From assembly GCA_049599895.1 (NCBI GenBank), contig JBMYPC010000055.1:1-19334 (forward strand): a DNA stretch of 19,334 bases, written 5' to 3'. Each line of letters opens with the position of its first letter. Within the stretch, counting starts at the first letter, position 1. The DNA comes from Bacteriovoracaceae bacterium. Its GTDB lineage: Bacteria > Bdellovibrionota > Bacteriovoracia > Bacteriovoracales > Bacteriovoracaceae. Shown one piece after another: positions 1 through 8,148 of this stretch. Under the pieces are notes generated by a model, which searched no databases, was not told the DNA's origin, and worked only from the letters and a program-made list of their open reading frames with translations. The position numbers and the translations under genes are program-made.

Positions 1-541
1 CTCTAATTTCAGAAGCTTCAGCTGAGTGATCTTGAGCACTACCAGCTCCAGCAGTTGGAGACTCTGGAAGTCCAAGAGCGTTTGGTCTCACTGTTACAAA
101 ATGAGGCTTAGGTCCTTTGATTTCAACTTTTGCAAGACACTTTCCTGCAAACAGAGGTCTTGTTCCAAAGAATTGATCTCCTTCAAATTGAAAGTTCACA
201 ACTTCTGAGGCCATACCTGCATTGAACTCACCTGAAAGTCTTGGAAACAGATCTTTTCCAAGTGAAGTTGAGCCAGCGAAGACGTAGTCATAAGAATTTG
301 ATCCTAAGAAGCCTTTAAGAGCTGAGGCGTAACCTTCTGGTGAGTAGTTTCCTAAATGATCACCTTTAATAACGTGAATGTTAGCTGCACCAAATTTTGC
401 GAGGTCTTCTTTGGCCTTATCTGAAAGATCACCAATCGCCACAACATCAAGTGTGTGACCCGCAAGCTTTCCTAAAATTTCAAGAGTTACTGATTTAACA
501 GTCTCTTGTCCCATTTCTGTATAAACTAAAATATTTGCCAT
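1..541 (-). CDS. etfA: Electron transfer flavoprotein alpha subunit, 5' part (runs off window edge; missing from ORF track)
   Basis: Manual translation from ATG at 541 (GGAG RBS upstream): MANILVYTEMGQETVKSVTLEILGKLAG...AGSTSLGKDLFPRLSG...TRPLFAGKCLAKV...VTVRPNA, a typical ETF-alpha N-terminal domain; directly downstream of etfB. Confidence 0.93.
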   Translation of the reverse strand, partial: MANILVYTEMGQETVKSVTLEILGKLAGHTLDVVAIGDLSDKAKEDLAKFGAANIHVIKGDHLGNYSPEGYASALKGFLGSNSYDYVFAGSTSLGKDLFPRLSGEFNAGMASEVVNFQFEGDQFFGTRPLFAGKCLAKVEIKGPKPHFVTVRPNALGLPESPTAGAGSAQDHSAEASEIR

Positions 542-565
542 TATCTTATCTCCAATAAAAAAAAC

Positions 566-1354
566 TTAAATGACTTTTGCTTCATTTCTTAAAAGACCAA
601 CAACTTCAGCAACAACTTTTTGTTGTTCTCCTTCATCCATGGCATCAAATTTCTTACCTGGTGGCTTCTCAGGTGGAAGACTAAAATCAGAATAAACAAC
701 TCTTTGATCTTCGTCAGTAACACCAGCATCAGCAAGGCTTAAAGTTGTAAGAGGTTTTTTCTTCGCTTTCATAATCCCTGGAAGAGAAGCGTAGCGAGGA
801 GTGTTGAGACCTTTGTTACAAGCAATAAGAGCTGGTCCGCCGATTTCATAAACTTCTAAACTTCCCCCTTCAACTTCTCTTTTAAGAGTTAGGTTTTGTC
901 CTTCACCTTCAACACCAACAACAACTGAAACTGAAGGAAGATTTAGCATTTGAGCAAGAAGTTGAGGAACTTGAAGACAATCAGAATCGATTGCTTGCTT
1001 GCCTGTTAAAATAAGATCTGGAGTTTTCCCCGATTTTTCGATTGCGCCTTTAAGGGCCTTAGCTGTTCGATAAGAATCAAGGCTATCTGCTGCATCGACA
1101 AGAAATGCTTCATCAGCACCCATTGCAAGAGCTGTTCTTAGAGCTTCAGTGTCATGAACTTCACCAACTCTTACAACTGTTACAGTTGATCCAGCATTTG
1201 CCGCTTTCATAAGAAGAGCTTGCTCGACTGCAAATTCATCATATGGATTCATAATCCATTTGATGCCTGTGGTTTCGATGTAACTTCCATCACCGTTAGG
1301 CTTAATTTTTGTTTCAGTGTCTGGAACTTGCTTGATACATACAAAAATATTCAA
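566..1354 (-). CDS. etfB: Electron transfer flavoprotein beta subunit
   Basis: VCIKQVPDT, MNPYDEFAVEQA, LRTALAMGAD, GKQAIDSD, PRYASLPGIMKAKKK motifs; TTG start with AAGGAGG RBS. Confidence 0.96.
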   Translation of the reverse strand: MNIFVCIKQVPDTETKIKPNGDGSYIETTGIKWIMNPYDEFAVEQALLMKAANAGSTVTVVRVGEVHDTEALRTALAMGADEAFLVDAADSLDSYRTAKALKGAIEKSGKTPDLILTGKQAIDSDCLQVPQLLAQMLNLPSVSVVVGVEGEGQNLTLKREVEGGSLEVYEIGGPALIACNKGLNTPRYASLPGIMKAKKKPLTTLSLADAGVTDEDQRVVYSDFSLPPEKPPGKKFDAMDEGEQQKVVAEVVGLLRNEAKVI

Positions 1355-1392
1355 AAGATCCTCCTTAATTTGAACAATATATATTTAAAAGA

Positions 1393-2541
1393 TTAGCTAT
1401 TCGCTTCTCGGTAGATTTCTTTACTTATGACCATGCGCTGAATTTGCGAAGTACCTTCATAAATTTGGATGAGCTTCGCGTCACGCATAATTTTTTCTAC
1501 AGGATATTCTTTACTATAGCCGTAGCCCCCGTAAATCTGTACTGCATCAGTGGCAATCTCCATAAAGCTGTCTGCAGCAAAGGCTTTGGCGTAGGAAGCA
1601 AACTTCGTATTGCGCTGTCCTTCGGTGAGAAGCCATGCTGATTTATAGACTAATAATCTAGCAGCTTCGAGCTTCATCCCCATTTCGGCAACCATAAATT
1701 GAATTGCCTGATGTTTGGCCAGTGGAACGTTGAATTGGACTCTCTCACTTGAATATTGAACGGCATGATCCATTGCACACTGAGCGCCTCCAATAGCACT
1801 GGCTGCAACCATTGGCCTTGAGTGATCAAGGGTTTTCATGGCGATTTCCCAGCCTTTGCCTACATCACCAACAATATTTTCTTTTGGAACTTTAACGTTA
1901 TTAAAAGTAACAGCTCGTGTATCAGAACAGCGATGTCCCATCTTCTTTTCAGGAGCTCCAACTTCAATTCCTTCAGTACCTTTTTCGATAACAAGCGCGG
2001 TAATGCCTTTGTGTTTCAATTCTTTATCGATTGTTGCATAGACAACAAAAAGATCGGCGTATCCCGCATTAGTGATCCACATTTTTTGGCCATTAAGAAG
2101 ATAATGGTCTCCGTTGTCTTTAAGGGTTGTTTTAATTCCTGCAGCATCAGAACCGTTTGAAGGTTCAGTAAGACAAAAGGCTGCAATTTGATAGGACTCT
2201 GTAAAAGGCTTTAAGAACTTTTCTTTTTGTTCGTGGCTTCCTCCTATAGCAATAGGAAGTAGGGCAAGGTCATTGGCCATAATCGCTGTGTTCATACCAA
2301 GGCATCCATAAGAGAGGCCTTCAGTAATGAGAATGGATTCGAGTGGCCCAAAGCCGGCTCCACCATATTCAGGTGCTATACAGGTATTAATAAAACCAAG
2401 TTCCCAAGCTTGCTTTAGGATATCAAGAGGCATTTCAGCAGACTCATCATACTTCGCTGCATGAGGCATCATTTCATTTTTAGCAAACTTAAATGCCATT
2501 TCTCTAATTTGTTTCTGTTCTTCAGATAGCTCGAAGTTCAT
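1393..2541 (-). CDS. Acyl-CoA dehydrogenase (short/medium-chain type)
   Basis: FCLTEPSNGSD, LNGQKMWITN, RVQFNVPL, QIYGGYGYSKEYPVEKIMRDAKLIQIYEGTSQIQR; co-oriented with etfBA. Confidence 0.95.
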   Translation of the reverse strand: MNFELSEEQKQIREMAFKFAKNEMMPHAAKYDESAEMPLDILKQAWELGFINTCIAPEYGGAGFGPLESILITEGLSYGCLGMNTAIMANDLALLPIAIGGSHEQKEKFLKPFTESYQIAAFCLTEPSNGSDAAGIKTTLKDNGDHYLLNGQKMWITNAGYADLFVVYATIDKELKHKGITALVIEKGTEGIEVGAPEKKMGHRCSDTRAVTFNNVKVPKENIVGDVGKGWEIAMKTLDHSRPMVAASAIGGAQCAMDHAVQYSSERVQFNVPLAKHQAIQFMVAEMGMKLEAARLLVYKSAWLLTEGQRNTKFASYAKAFAADSFMEIATDAVQIYGGYGYSKEYPVEKIMRDAKLIQIYEGTSQIQRMVISKEIYREANS

Positions 2542-2612
2542 GGATTGACCTTTTAATTATTTTTGTATTTCTAAAGAAGCATTTTAATGGTGAAGAATAT
2601 TGATTGATCATC

Positions 2613-2667
2613 ACCGGGCGCTTACGCTTCCTGGTTGCCTGCGGCGCCTAAACCCTTGCGGCTTTAG
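2613..2667 (-). promoter_or_regulatory. GC-rich structured element in the leader of the acyl-CoA dehydrogenase-etfBA operon
   Basis: Minus strand reads CTAAAGCC-GCAA-GGGTTTAG, then GCC-GCA-GGC, then ACCAGGAA-GCG-TAAG-CGC-CCGGT; a GC island in AT-rich intergenic DNA. Confidence 0.4.
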
Positions 2668-2668
2668 T

Positions 2669-2696
2669 ATTTTATAACGAATCATAATAAGTTCAA
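2669..2696 (-). promoter_or_regulatory. Putative sigma70 promoter for the acyl-CoA dehydrogenase-etfBA operon
   Basis: TTGAAC-N16-TAAAAT on the minus strand about 130 nt upstream of the ATG at 2541. Confidence 0.45.
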
Positions 2697-2708
2697 CGGT
2701 ACAATTTG

Positions 2709-3185
2709 TTATATCGGAATTGCCTCAGTATCAAACTGCTCAGGTATTGATTCATTAAAGGGATGATTTTGAAAATACCTGATCTCTAGTAAGGGCCTCA
2801 CGACAAAGCTCCTCTGTTTCCAGCTAGGATGGGGAACAGTGAGTTCTTCACTTGAATGTTCAATCTCATTCCAAAAAAGAATATCAATATCAATTGTTCT
2901 TGGCCCTTTGTCGATATCTCTCACTCGTTTAAGATCTTTTTCGATTTCGAGACATTGCCTTAGAAAAACAATCGGACTTTGAATTTTGGTTTGAAAGTGA
3001 GCAACTGTATTTACAAAGTCTGGCTGGTCTAAATAATCGACAGCTGCACTTGAGTAGTAAGAAGCTCTCTGAATTAGCTTCCCATATAATTTAAGCTCCT
3101 CAATAGCATCCTCAATATGACCTTTACGATCACCCAGGTTGCTGCCAAGGCCTAAAAGAACATTGTTTTGGATAATATCTTTCAA
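2709..3185 (-). CDS. folK: 2-amino-4-hydroxy-6-hydroxymethyldihydropteridine pyrophosphokinase (HPPK)
   Basis: LGLGSNLGDR, QPDFVNTVA, GPRTIDIDIL, LTVPHP...QRSFV motifs. Start reassigned to TTG at 3185 (TAAGGA RBS upstream) instead of the ORF-track start at 3320. Confidence 0.93.
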   Translation of the reverse strand: MKDIIQNNVLLGLGSNLGDRKGHIEDAIEELKLYGKLIQRASYYSSAAVDYLDQPDFVNTVAHFQTKIQSPIVFLRQCLEIEKDLKRVRDIDKGPRTIDIDILFWNEIEHSSEELTVPHPSWKQRSFVVRPLLEIRYFQNHPFNESIPEQFDTEAIPI

Positions 3186-3249
3186 GTTAAAGTGATCCTT
3201 ATAATAATTTAATATTTTTTGAAAACTATGATGGAAAGCTCTTGTCGAG

Positions 3250-3393
3250 TTAAGGCTTTTTAGTTTTTTTCTTTTGTTCTTCTTTTTTCTCACCATGAAT
3301 ATAGCTGCGGACAGCTTCATCTTCAGAAACTTTTGGAAGAGACTTTACACCACAACCGAGTAAGAGAAAAAGAACAAGAAATTTAGAATTCAA
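3250..3393 (-). CDS. Small lipoprotein (47 aa), LptM/YifL-like; not in ORF track
   Basis: Manual translation MNSKFLVLFLLLGC-GVKSLPKVSEDEAVRSYIHGEKKEEQKKKTKKP*: lipobox LLGC followed by CGxK..LP; TTG start overlaps the end of the upstream OMP gene by 11 nt. Confidence 0.65.
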   Translation of the reverse strand: MNSKFLVLFLLLGCGVKSLPKVSEDEAVRSYIHGEKKEEQKKKTKKP

Positions 3394-4399
3394 CAGCGAG
3401 TCCAAAGTTAATGATGTCGGAACCTAGGTCAACTCGAAAAAACCAACCAGGGACGAAGCGCTTAAGTATGGTGGCCCCAAAAACAAGTCCACTTAAATCT
3501 TCTGTCAAGGCAATGACGGCGTTTTCTTCATCAAGGGCATTCTGAATATCAGAGGCGTTTGTAAGTTCGTTTCCATCACTCCCTGTGAGAGTTCTTCCTG
3601 TAGATGAACCGGCACCATTACTATTCACCTGAACATTTTGATAGCCAACATAAGGCATAACATAACTATAAAAAGGAGCACTGATGATATATTTCAAGCG
3701 AAAGGTGTAAGTGTTAATACTTGTGGTGAGATCAGTACTGGGAAAACCGTCAACTGTATTTTGTCCGAATTGGCCTTCAATCCAAACATTGTCAGCAAAC
3801 TGGTAGGCCCAAGTTCCATTAAAGTGAGCGTAGGTGTTAGCTGAGCGGTCACCATTATAAGCTTCAAAAAGACCATAGTTCGCACTAATTATATTATCTG
3901 TTTTGATAACACGATTAGTTTTATCTTCAAGGTCCACATCTTCATCAAGAAGAGTAGAGTTGAAAAGGTCTTCCTCGGTTTTAATGACGGTGCTATCGAT
4001 GTCTTCATCTTCAGTCTTTTTAAAGAAAGAGTCATCGCCCTTTAAGATTTGAACTTCTACGCCTGTATTGATTTTCTCCCAAGCTGTCAGGCTATAAATT
4101 TTAACAATCTTAATTCCAATCTGGTCGCTATTGTTTTTGGCAACAATTGCTCTTACTGCAAGCTCTTGGTCGATAAGAAGAGAGATGAAATCACCTTTAA
4201 AGAGAGTTTGACTTTGATTCGTGAGAATAAAAACTCGCCTCGAATGAGAGATCTTGAGAATTCGTTCTGTTACCAAATCTCCTGGACCTGTCTGAACCAC
4301 CTGATTCGATTGAGTGAGTTGATCAACAACAGACTGAGAAAAGGCCTGTTTGCCCGAGAGAAATAGTAGGGTAATGGTAATGAACTGTATTAACTTCAC
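3383..4399 (-). CDS. Secreted protein with a probable C-terminal outer-membrane beta-barrel
   Basis: Signal peptide (KQAFS/Q), N-terminal beta-rich domain, acidic linker, alternating amphipathic strands, C-terminal BAM-type signature INFGLAVEF ending in Phe. Confidence 0.75.
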   Translation of the reverse strand: MKLIQFITITLLFLSGKQAFSQSVVDQLTQSNQVVQTGPGDLVTERILKISHSRRVFILTNQSQTLFKGDFISLLIDQELAVRAIVAKNNSDQIGIKIVKIYSLTAWEKINTGVEVQILKGDDSFFKKTEDEDIDSTVIKTEEDLFNSTLLDEDVDLEDKTNRVIKTDNIISANYGLFEAYNGDRSANTYAHFNGTWAYQFADNVWIEGQFGQNTVDGFPSTDLTTSINTYTFRLKYIISAPFYSYVMPYVGYQNVQVNSNGAGSSTGRTLTGSDGNELTNASDIQNALDEENAVIALTEDLSGLVFGATILKRFVPGWFFRVDLGSDIINFGLAVEF

Positions 4400-4484
4400 C
4401 TATTTATAATACTTGGCTTTCTTTCAAGAGTGAAGCTTTGTACCCAACAGATTCAGGAATTTTTTTCCACGCATTAAAATAATT

Positions 4485-4511
4485 TAAATGATTTAGGATA
4501 ATAACCGAAGA
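4485..4511 (+). promoter_or_regulatory. Putative sigma28 (FliA) promoter of the LysM lipoprotein
   Basis: TAAA-N15-ACCGAAGA versus the consensus TAAA-N15-GCCGATAA. Confidence 0.4.
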
Positions 4512-4555
4512 AGACTTTGGAATGACTAATTTTTCGATAGTCCTAAGGAGATATT

Positions 4556-5257
4556 ATGGCTTTTATAACCAGACTATTAATGATTTTATCGCTACTTTTT
4601 ATGGTTGCGTGTTCTTCAAATAGCTCTGACAGTTCGAAAGATCAAACTGCAGGAGTTGAAGAGGATGCTGACTTTCTTGTTGATTCAGAAGATGAGCTTC
4701 TCGATGATGAAGAAGACGACATTGAGCTTGCTGACTCAGATGATTTTGACGACGATGAATACGAAGACGACGAAGACTTTGAAGATGACGAACTCGAAGA
4801 CGATGAAGAGATTGAAGTTGCTTCTGAGGAAGACGTCATGGATAAAGCTCCTATCGTTGCCGGAAACGAGTTTGAAATGTCTGGTGAATATGGAAAGTAT
4901 AAAGTTCAAAGAGGTGACACTTTCATGCTCATCGCCTTTAAGCTTTACGGCGACTATACTAAGTGGAGACAGATTGCCAATATGAACCCAGGTTATGGTT
5001 CAGGGCTTCCAGTTGGAACTGTTCTTAAGTATAACAAGCCATCATCAAGATTTGAGTGGAACCCTGAAGGACTTCCGCACTTAATTCAAAGAGGTGAGAC
5101 GCTTGGAACAATTTCAAGTGACAAGTATGGAACAAACAGAAGATGGAAGGATATTTGGAATAATAATCGTCCAATGATTAAAGATCCAAACCTTATCTTT
5201 GCTGGGTTTACTGTATATTACATCCCAGATGAAAGAGATGTTGCATCAGGACAGTAA
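4556..5257 (+). CDS. Lipoprotein with an Asp/Glu-rich linker and two LysM peptidoglycan-binding domains
   Basis: Lipobox MVAC (Cys19); LysM repeats YKVQRGDTFMLIAFKLYGD and HLIQRGETLGTISSDKYG...IKDPNLIFAG; TAAGGAG RBS. Confidence 0.9.
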   Translation: MAFITRLLMILSLLFMVACSSNSSDSSKDQTAGVEEDADFLVDSEDELLDDEEDDIELADSDDFDDDEYEDDEDFEDDELEDDEEIEVASEEDVMDKAPIVAGNEFEMSGEYGKYKVQRGDTFMLIAFKLYGDYTKWRQIANMNPGYGSGLPVGTVLKYNKPSSRFEWNPEGLPHLIQRGETLGTISSDKYGTNRRWKDIWNNNRPMIKDPNLIFAGFTVYYIPDERDVASGQ

Positions 5258-5329
5258 TCCTCAAAAGGTGTTTGAGTTGCCATAATACTTGATATCAAGA
5301 ACACTAAGAATATATCATAGATAGAAATT

Positions 5330-5358
5330 GGCCCTCTCAATACGAGAGGGCTTTTTTT
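5330..5358 (+). terminator. Rho-independent terminator after the LysM gene
   Basis: GCCCTCTC-AATAC-GAGAGGGC stem-loop followed by T7. Confidence 0.88.
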
Positions 5359-5371
5359 ATTTTTAAAAACT

Positions 5372-6166
5372 ATGAATATAATAAAACTCTTTTTGTCGGC
5401 TATTCTTCTAAGTTCTTGTGGAATTCTAGACTTCTATAAAACGAAGCCGACTTATAAGCCATCATCACAATATTCACCTGAAGACTATGTGAGACAAATT
5501 AGTTTTTTAGGACAAAGTTATCTCAAGCAAAATAAATCGCTAATTCTTCCTATTAGTAAGCAAAGCCAAGAATATTTCCGTTCAATTTATACTCGTGTCA
5601 CCGCAAGGGCCGAGAAGTATCTTAAATATCCAATTCCAAGAAAAGATATTAAGGTTGTGATCCTTAAAATGAAGTCTCCTCTTTATTTCTGTCTTCCGGA
5701 TGGAACCTTTGTTTTTTCAAGCCGTCTCTTTGAAAAGTATCTTGATAATGAGGATCTTTTTGTTGCAGTGTTTTCGACGCTTATTTATATGGCCCATAAT
5801 CACATCTATCGAAAGCAAATTTTTTATCCTAAAGGAAGCATTACCACTCGTGAGTTATTACAAATGGTTTATCTTTCTCCAGAAGTGCGTTTTGAAGTCA
5901 ATAAATGGGGATACTTTATTATGAGCCGGGCAGGCTTTGATAGCAGCGCCTTTTTAAGTTTTATTCAGATTAAAAACAAGAATGTTCTTGAGTTCAGTAT
6001 GATGTACAAAGATCTCAACGTGATTTCTCGAGAAGAATATAATTTTAAAAACTTCATTGTCGAGATGAGAAATATTGAAACTAATCGTAATCCTAGAAAC
6101 TCCTCAAAGAAATTCTATGTGGTAAAAAAGGAACTTGAAAAGCATGCAAGAATTAAGTCAATCTGA
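5372..6166 (+). CDS. Lipoprotein of the M48 (BepA/LoiP-like) fold lacking the HExxH zinc motif
   Basis: Lipobox LSSC (Cys16); PLYFCLPDGTFVFSSRLFE matches NAFALPGGxIxVxxGLL; EDLFVAVFSTLIYM sits where DELAAVLGHEIAH is expected; EVNKWGYFIMSRAGFD matches EADxxGxxxMxxAGYD. Confidence 0.65.
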   Translation: MNIIKLFLSAILLSSCGILDFYKTKPTYKPSSQYSPEDYVRQISFLGQSYLKQNKSLILPISKQSQEYFRSIYTRVTARAEKYLKYPIPRKDIKVVILKMKSPLYFCLPDGTFVFSSRLFEKYLDNEDLFVAVFSTLIYMAHNHIYRKQIFYPKGSITTRELLQMVYLSPEVRFEVNKWGYFIMSRAGFDSSAFLSFIQIKNKNVLEFSMMYKDLNVISREEYNFKNFIVEMRNIETNRNPRNSSKKFYVVKKELEKHARIKSI

Positions 6167-7169
6167 AGATCTTCTCGTTAGAGAGCTTTTTGAGCGATCA
6201 CGCAAAGAATGTGACGAAGAGTTTGGGCCTATTAAAAAAGTTGAAAAACTCTCTGGAGATGCCTCTTCAAGGAAGTATTACCGTATTTTTAGTAAGGCAA
6301 GTTCTTATGTGATCTCAATTGATTCTCCGGAAAATCTTACGAAGGCAGACTTCAACTTTATTACGACCCAGAAGATTTTTTCAGAGAATAATGTTCGTGT
6401 TCCCAAGATTTTTCACGTCATCACAAATAGAGGATACACTCTTCAAGAAGACCTTGGAGATCAAACACTGCTTCTTGAAAACGTTTCTTTGACCGGCTCT
6501 GATGAAGAGTACAAGCTTTATGAGAGAGTCTGCGATCAACTCCTCAAAATAAATTTAATCCCACCTTCAAAGTATGAGTCAGAAAGTTTGGTGAGAAACC
6601 GTTTTGATTTTGAAAAACTTATGTGGGAAGTGAGGTTTACTAATAAGTACTTCATAGAGCAGCACCTTGAAAGGGCCATTCCTGAAACGGTGGAGAGGCA
6701 CTTTCAAGACATTGTGAATAAAATTACTGAAGAGGAATACTGTGTGGTTCACAGAGACTTTCACAGCCGTAATGTCATGATGGTTGATGGAGAGGTTGTT
6801 ATTATTGACTTTCAAGATGCTCGATTAGGCCCTCCTCAGTATGACCTTTGTTCACTTCTTGAAGATGCTTATTATAAAATTTCTAAAGCCGCAAAAGAAA
6901 AATTAATCAAAAGTTATTACGAAAAACTTGTCAGTAATGGGCTTTATTCGAAATCAGAAAAAGAATTTAAAAGCTTTTATAATCTTGTCTCGATTCAAAG
7001 AACCTATAAAGCAATGGGAACCTTTTGTTACATCTTTCACGAAAGAGGTGACGCCCGTTATTTAAAATATATTCACTCTTGCTTTGAAAACCTTAAAAGA
7101 AAACTGTGGGAGCTTGAAGAGTATAATGAGCTGAGACAAACTCTATCAAAGTTTTATTATGCAAGTTAA
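6144..7169 (+). CDS. amgK: Anomeric MurNAc/GlcNAc kinase (APH-family phosphotransferase)
   Basis: GDASSRKYYR, QEDLGD, VHRDFHSRNVM, IIDFQDARLGPPQYDLCSLLED, QRTYKAMGTF; immediately upstream of an NTP-transferase. ATG 6144 preferred (AAGGA RBS); TTG 6135 is an alternative. Confidence 0.85.
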   Translation: MQELSQSEDLLVRELFERSRKECDEEFGPIKKVEKLSGDASSRKYYRIFSKASSYVISIDSPENLTKADFNFITTQKIFSENNVRVPKIFHVITNRGYTLQEDLGDQTLLLENVSLTGSDEEYKLYERVCDQLLKINLIPPSKYESESLVRNRFDFEKLMWEVRFTNKYFIEQHLERAIPETVERHFQDIVNKITEEEYCVVHRDFHSRNVMMVDGEVVIIDFQDARLGPPQYDLCSLLEDAYYKISKAAKEKLIKSYYEKLVSNGLYSKSEKEFKSFYNLVSIQRTYKAMGTFCYIFHERGDARYLKYIHSCFENLKRKLWELEEYNELRQTLSKFYYAS

Positions 7170-7884
7170 AGCGTGCTTCTTATTGGCCGCTGGCCTTGGA
7201 ACTCGTATGGAGGATCTTTGTAAAGATGTTCCTAAACCTCTTCTTCCTTTTTTCAATTCAACAATTATTGAGTCTTTAATTCTTTACTTAAAAGATCTTG
7301 GGATTGAGACGTTTTATATTAACTCTCATTATCTCCATAAAGTGATGGAAAATAAGCTGAGTCAGTATAATTTAGTCTATGAGCCAGAACTTCTCGGATC
7401 TGGAGGGGCTTTTCATAATTTGAAAAAAAACTTTCCAGATCTTCAACATGTTTTGAGTGTTAATACAGATAGTTTTTTTATTGCAGATAAAGGATCTTGG
7501 AAATCTTTTTTAACGATCGATGAATCGAAGTTAAAGCTTCTTATGATGAAGGTTCAAAAAGAAGAACATCTCAACCAGGTTCACATTGAAAATGGTTTGA
7601 TGACAGGGATAACAAAGGCCAATGCTGTGGTTGATAAGAGTTATTATACATACTCGGGAATCTCTCTGATTGACCTTTCTCGCCTTGAATTTATTGAGGG
7701 GGAATCAGGCTTTTTTGATACCGTTGCGAAGTTTGAAACTGAAGATGTACCCTGCCATCTAATTGAAAACTATGAGTTTTGGGACTTTGGTACGAAGAAG
7801 AAATATCAAGAAGGAATTAAGAAACTTGAAGTGGAGAATGAGTCTCATCTCAATAAGTTTTTAAATTCAAAAGAAATAATTTAG
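7159..7884 (+). CDS. murU: MurNAc-alpha-1-phosphate uridylyltransferase-like nucleotidyltransferase
   Basis: LLAAGLGTRM...PKPLLP, ELLGSGG, YSGISLI, FWDFGT; overlaps the amgK stop (known amgK-murU pairing). Confidence 0.75.
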   Translation: MQVKACFLLAAGLGTRMEDLCKDVPKPLLPFFNSTIIESLILYLKDLGIETFYINSHYLHKVMENKLSQYNLVYEPELLGSGGAFHNLKKNFPDLQHVLSVNTDSFFIADKGSWKSFLTIDESKLKLLMMKVQKEEHLNQVHIENGLMTGITKANAVVDKSYYTYSGISLIDLSRLEFIEGESGFFDTVAKFETEDVPCHLIENYEFWDFGTKKKYQEGIKKLEVENESHLNKFLNSKEII

Positions 7885-8093
7885 CTCTCGCTTTCGACAG
7901 TAAAATCATCGCTGCTAGATTTGAGCTTAATGGCCTTGGTTGGACATAACTCACCACAAATCCCGCAAAGAGTACAAGACCACTTTTCAATATAGTAGCT
8001 TCCATCAGCAATAATGATGCTTTTTTCGGGGCAAAGAACGCGGCAAGCATCGCAGCCCACACATAAACTATTTATTTCAAGATAAGGTGTCAT
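7881..8093 (-). CDS. 2[4Fe-4S] ferredoxin
   Basis: CVGCDACRVLCP and CTLCGICGELCP motifs. Confidence 0.9.
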   Translation of the reverse strand: MTPYLEINSLCVGCDACRVLCPEKSIIIADGSYYIEKWSCTLCGICGELCPTKAIKLKSSSDDFTVESES

Positions 8094-8148
8094 AATTAAT
8101 TAATTTTTATTATCATATAGCGATACTTTAAATACAAACGGAATAAAG

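Noticed and set aside
26..208. 60-aa plus-strand ORF
   Set aside because: Antisense shadow of etfA, which occupies 1-541 on the minus strand
1444..2160. Three plus-strand ORFs (1444-1641, 1822-2160, 1838-2041)
   Set aside because: Antisense to the acyl-CoA dehydrogenase; no motifs or RBS
3186..3320. Lys-rich N-terminal extension of FolK in the ORF track
   Set aside because: A better RBS and TTG exist at 3185; the extension is largely an out-of-frame reading of the small lipoprotein gene
4642..4839. Poly-Ser ORF and GAY/GAA repeat-like DNA
   Set aside because: Reverse-strand reading of the Asp/Glu codons of the LysM linker; not a tandem repeat array or CRISPR
8100..8126. Possible sigma28 promoter (TTAA-N15-AGCGATAC) before the PilZ-like gene
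   Set aside because: Both boxes are too degenerate in very AT-rich DNA to support a call
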